From Eukaryota sp. GEM-RC1 (Eukaryota): DNA of 64,000 bases. The position numbers and the translations under genes are program-made. Location: contig JAUFOQ010000003.1 in the NCBI GenBank assembly GCA_040285855.1, positions 2,170,001 to 2,234,000 on the forward strand, in the 5' to 3' direction. The notes beneath the pieces are model-generated. The model saw only the letters and a list, made by a program, of their open reading frames with translations. It did not search any database and was not told where the DNA came from. How positions within the stretch are numbered: the stretch's first letter is position 1; each line of letters starts with the position of its first letter. Below, one piece after another: positions 62,772 to 64,000 of this stretch.

Positions 62772-64000
62772 ATGGATTCGAATCGGTTTTTCATGTTATA
62801 TTAAATAGCATTTCCATTGAACTAATCGAATTTTCAGGTTACTTGAATTCATTTGCTATTACCACCTCTATATTGGTTGTCTCTGCCTTATGTATATCTG
62901 TTTTATTACTTTACATCTCCTGTAGGCAACAATCGTCACTACTCTGGTACTTATACGTTTCTATGAATCTCGTGATCATGTTGTGTTGTGTGTTAGTCCT
63001 AATACTATTAGTCAGCAATAGGTCCAGCGCTATATCTTGGCACAGGTTAGCTCTTGATCATTTAGAGACTCAACACGTGGTTAAAGAGTTGAGTCCATGG
63101 GTTTCAGCTTTGTATTATAAACTCTCTCCGATTCGTTTCTCCAAACAGTGGAAACATTAATGTCTACAAAAGTGTTTGGTCTCACTACAACTCTTTCAAT
63201 TTAAATATTCAAAAAATTTCTACAAATTCAAGATTTCAAGACAGTGTAATATCAGTAATTGATAATTTTGAAGAAATTTCATCTCGTCTGAAGATCTCTT
63301 TTTCCCTCGCTGCATCAGCTTTTAATTTTCCATCTGACGTTGTACCAGAATTACAAGGATTCTCTTGGGATAAATCAGCTGATCCCAACTATGAGCTAAT
63401 CAAGATCCTTGAACGTGAGGTTTCTCTAAGTAATCGTTATACCAACTCATCATTTGACCTTAATAGACCTGGAAGTGAACAACTTCACTTAGCTCGATTT
63501 CTTGTTAGTGAAAGGTCCTTTATGGAATCTGTTGAGACTTTATTGGGAGATCTTGAGTCTATTTCGAATGATCTTGTTGAGACTGTGACTCAGGAATCTT
63601 CTGTATTGTCCTCTGTTCTAGATACCTTCTATCTACAAACTCTAATATTTATCATTTCTATATTTGCCTTGATTCAATTGATCACGTGCGTTTTTCTGCG
63701 TTCCAATGATTCCCAGACAGTTTCTCATGTCCAACAGAAAATTGATCTCTTGTTGATTAGAAAATTTCAAAAACAAACTATTATTGCACTTGTTCTAGTA
63801 TCTGTTGCTCTCTGTTTGTTCTTTGTATTTACCATCTTTGGAGCCTCCTACCTCTCCGCTTTCCCTCAACAGATTCAGTTAGCTGGCCTTAGAGCTGCTC
63901 TAGTTGATCGTTGTACTAGCGTTTATCTAAATGCCTATTCTGAACATGAGTTAAGGGATCAGAGCTTTCACTTTTTAACAGATTTGTTGGATCAGTTGGA
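62772..64000 (+). CDS. Divergent homologue of the C-terminal half of the TmcB-like proteins (frameshifted; runs off the window)
   Basis: 'PELQGFSWD...LSNRYTNSSFDLNRP...QLHLA' and 'FPQQIQLAGLRA' match 'PELDDIDWD...LSHRYTNKTFDLSRS...QLLLA' and 'WPGQLQLAGERA' of paralogue B. Confidence 0.6.

Overview
AT-rich, gene-dense eukaryotic DNA in the standard genetic code, with tiny 28-34 nt GT-AG introns. The gene content (a Giardia-type cathepsin B, a bacterial-type ornithine racemase, expanded TmcB-like and RI-type LRR families) suggests an anaerobic protist, possibly a metamonad; this is inference. Recognisable genes are Prp8, RuvBL2, calcineurin A, phosphoglucomutase-2, OTU1/YOD1, an NF1-like RasGAP, a CARMIL-like protein, a reticulon-like protein, three TmcB-like paralogues and tRNA-Ile(AAT). 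Many genes are split by single-base indels in homopolymer runs, most likely long-read assembly errors. Intergenic spaces carry 5'-truncated RLE-type (CRE-like) non-LTR retrotransposon ends, hAT and Tc1/mariner-type MITEs, and one nested non-autonomous chromovirus-like LTR element. The main finding is at 24444-30222. After removing four introns and correcting three homopolymer indels, this reads as one ~1880-aa protein joining a kinesin motor, a transmembrane helix, H-type lectin domains and a processive membrane GT2 polysaccharide synthase. It would be a kinesin analogue of fungal myosin-chitin synthases and is a candidate cyst-wall synthase.
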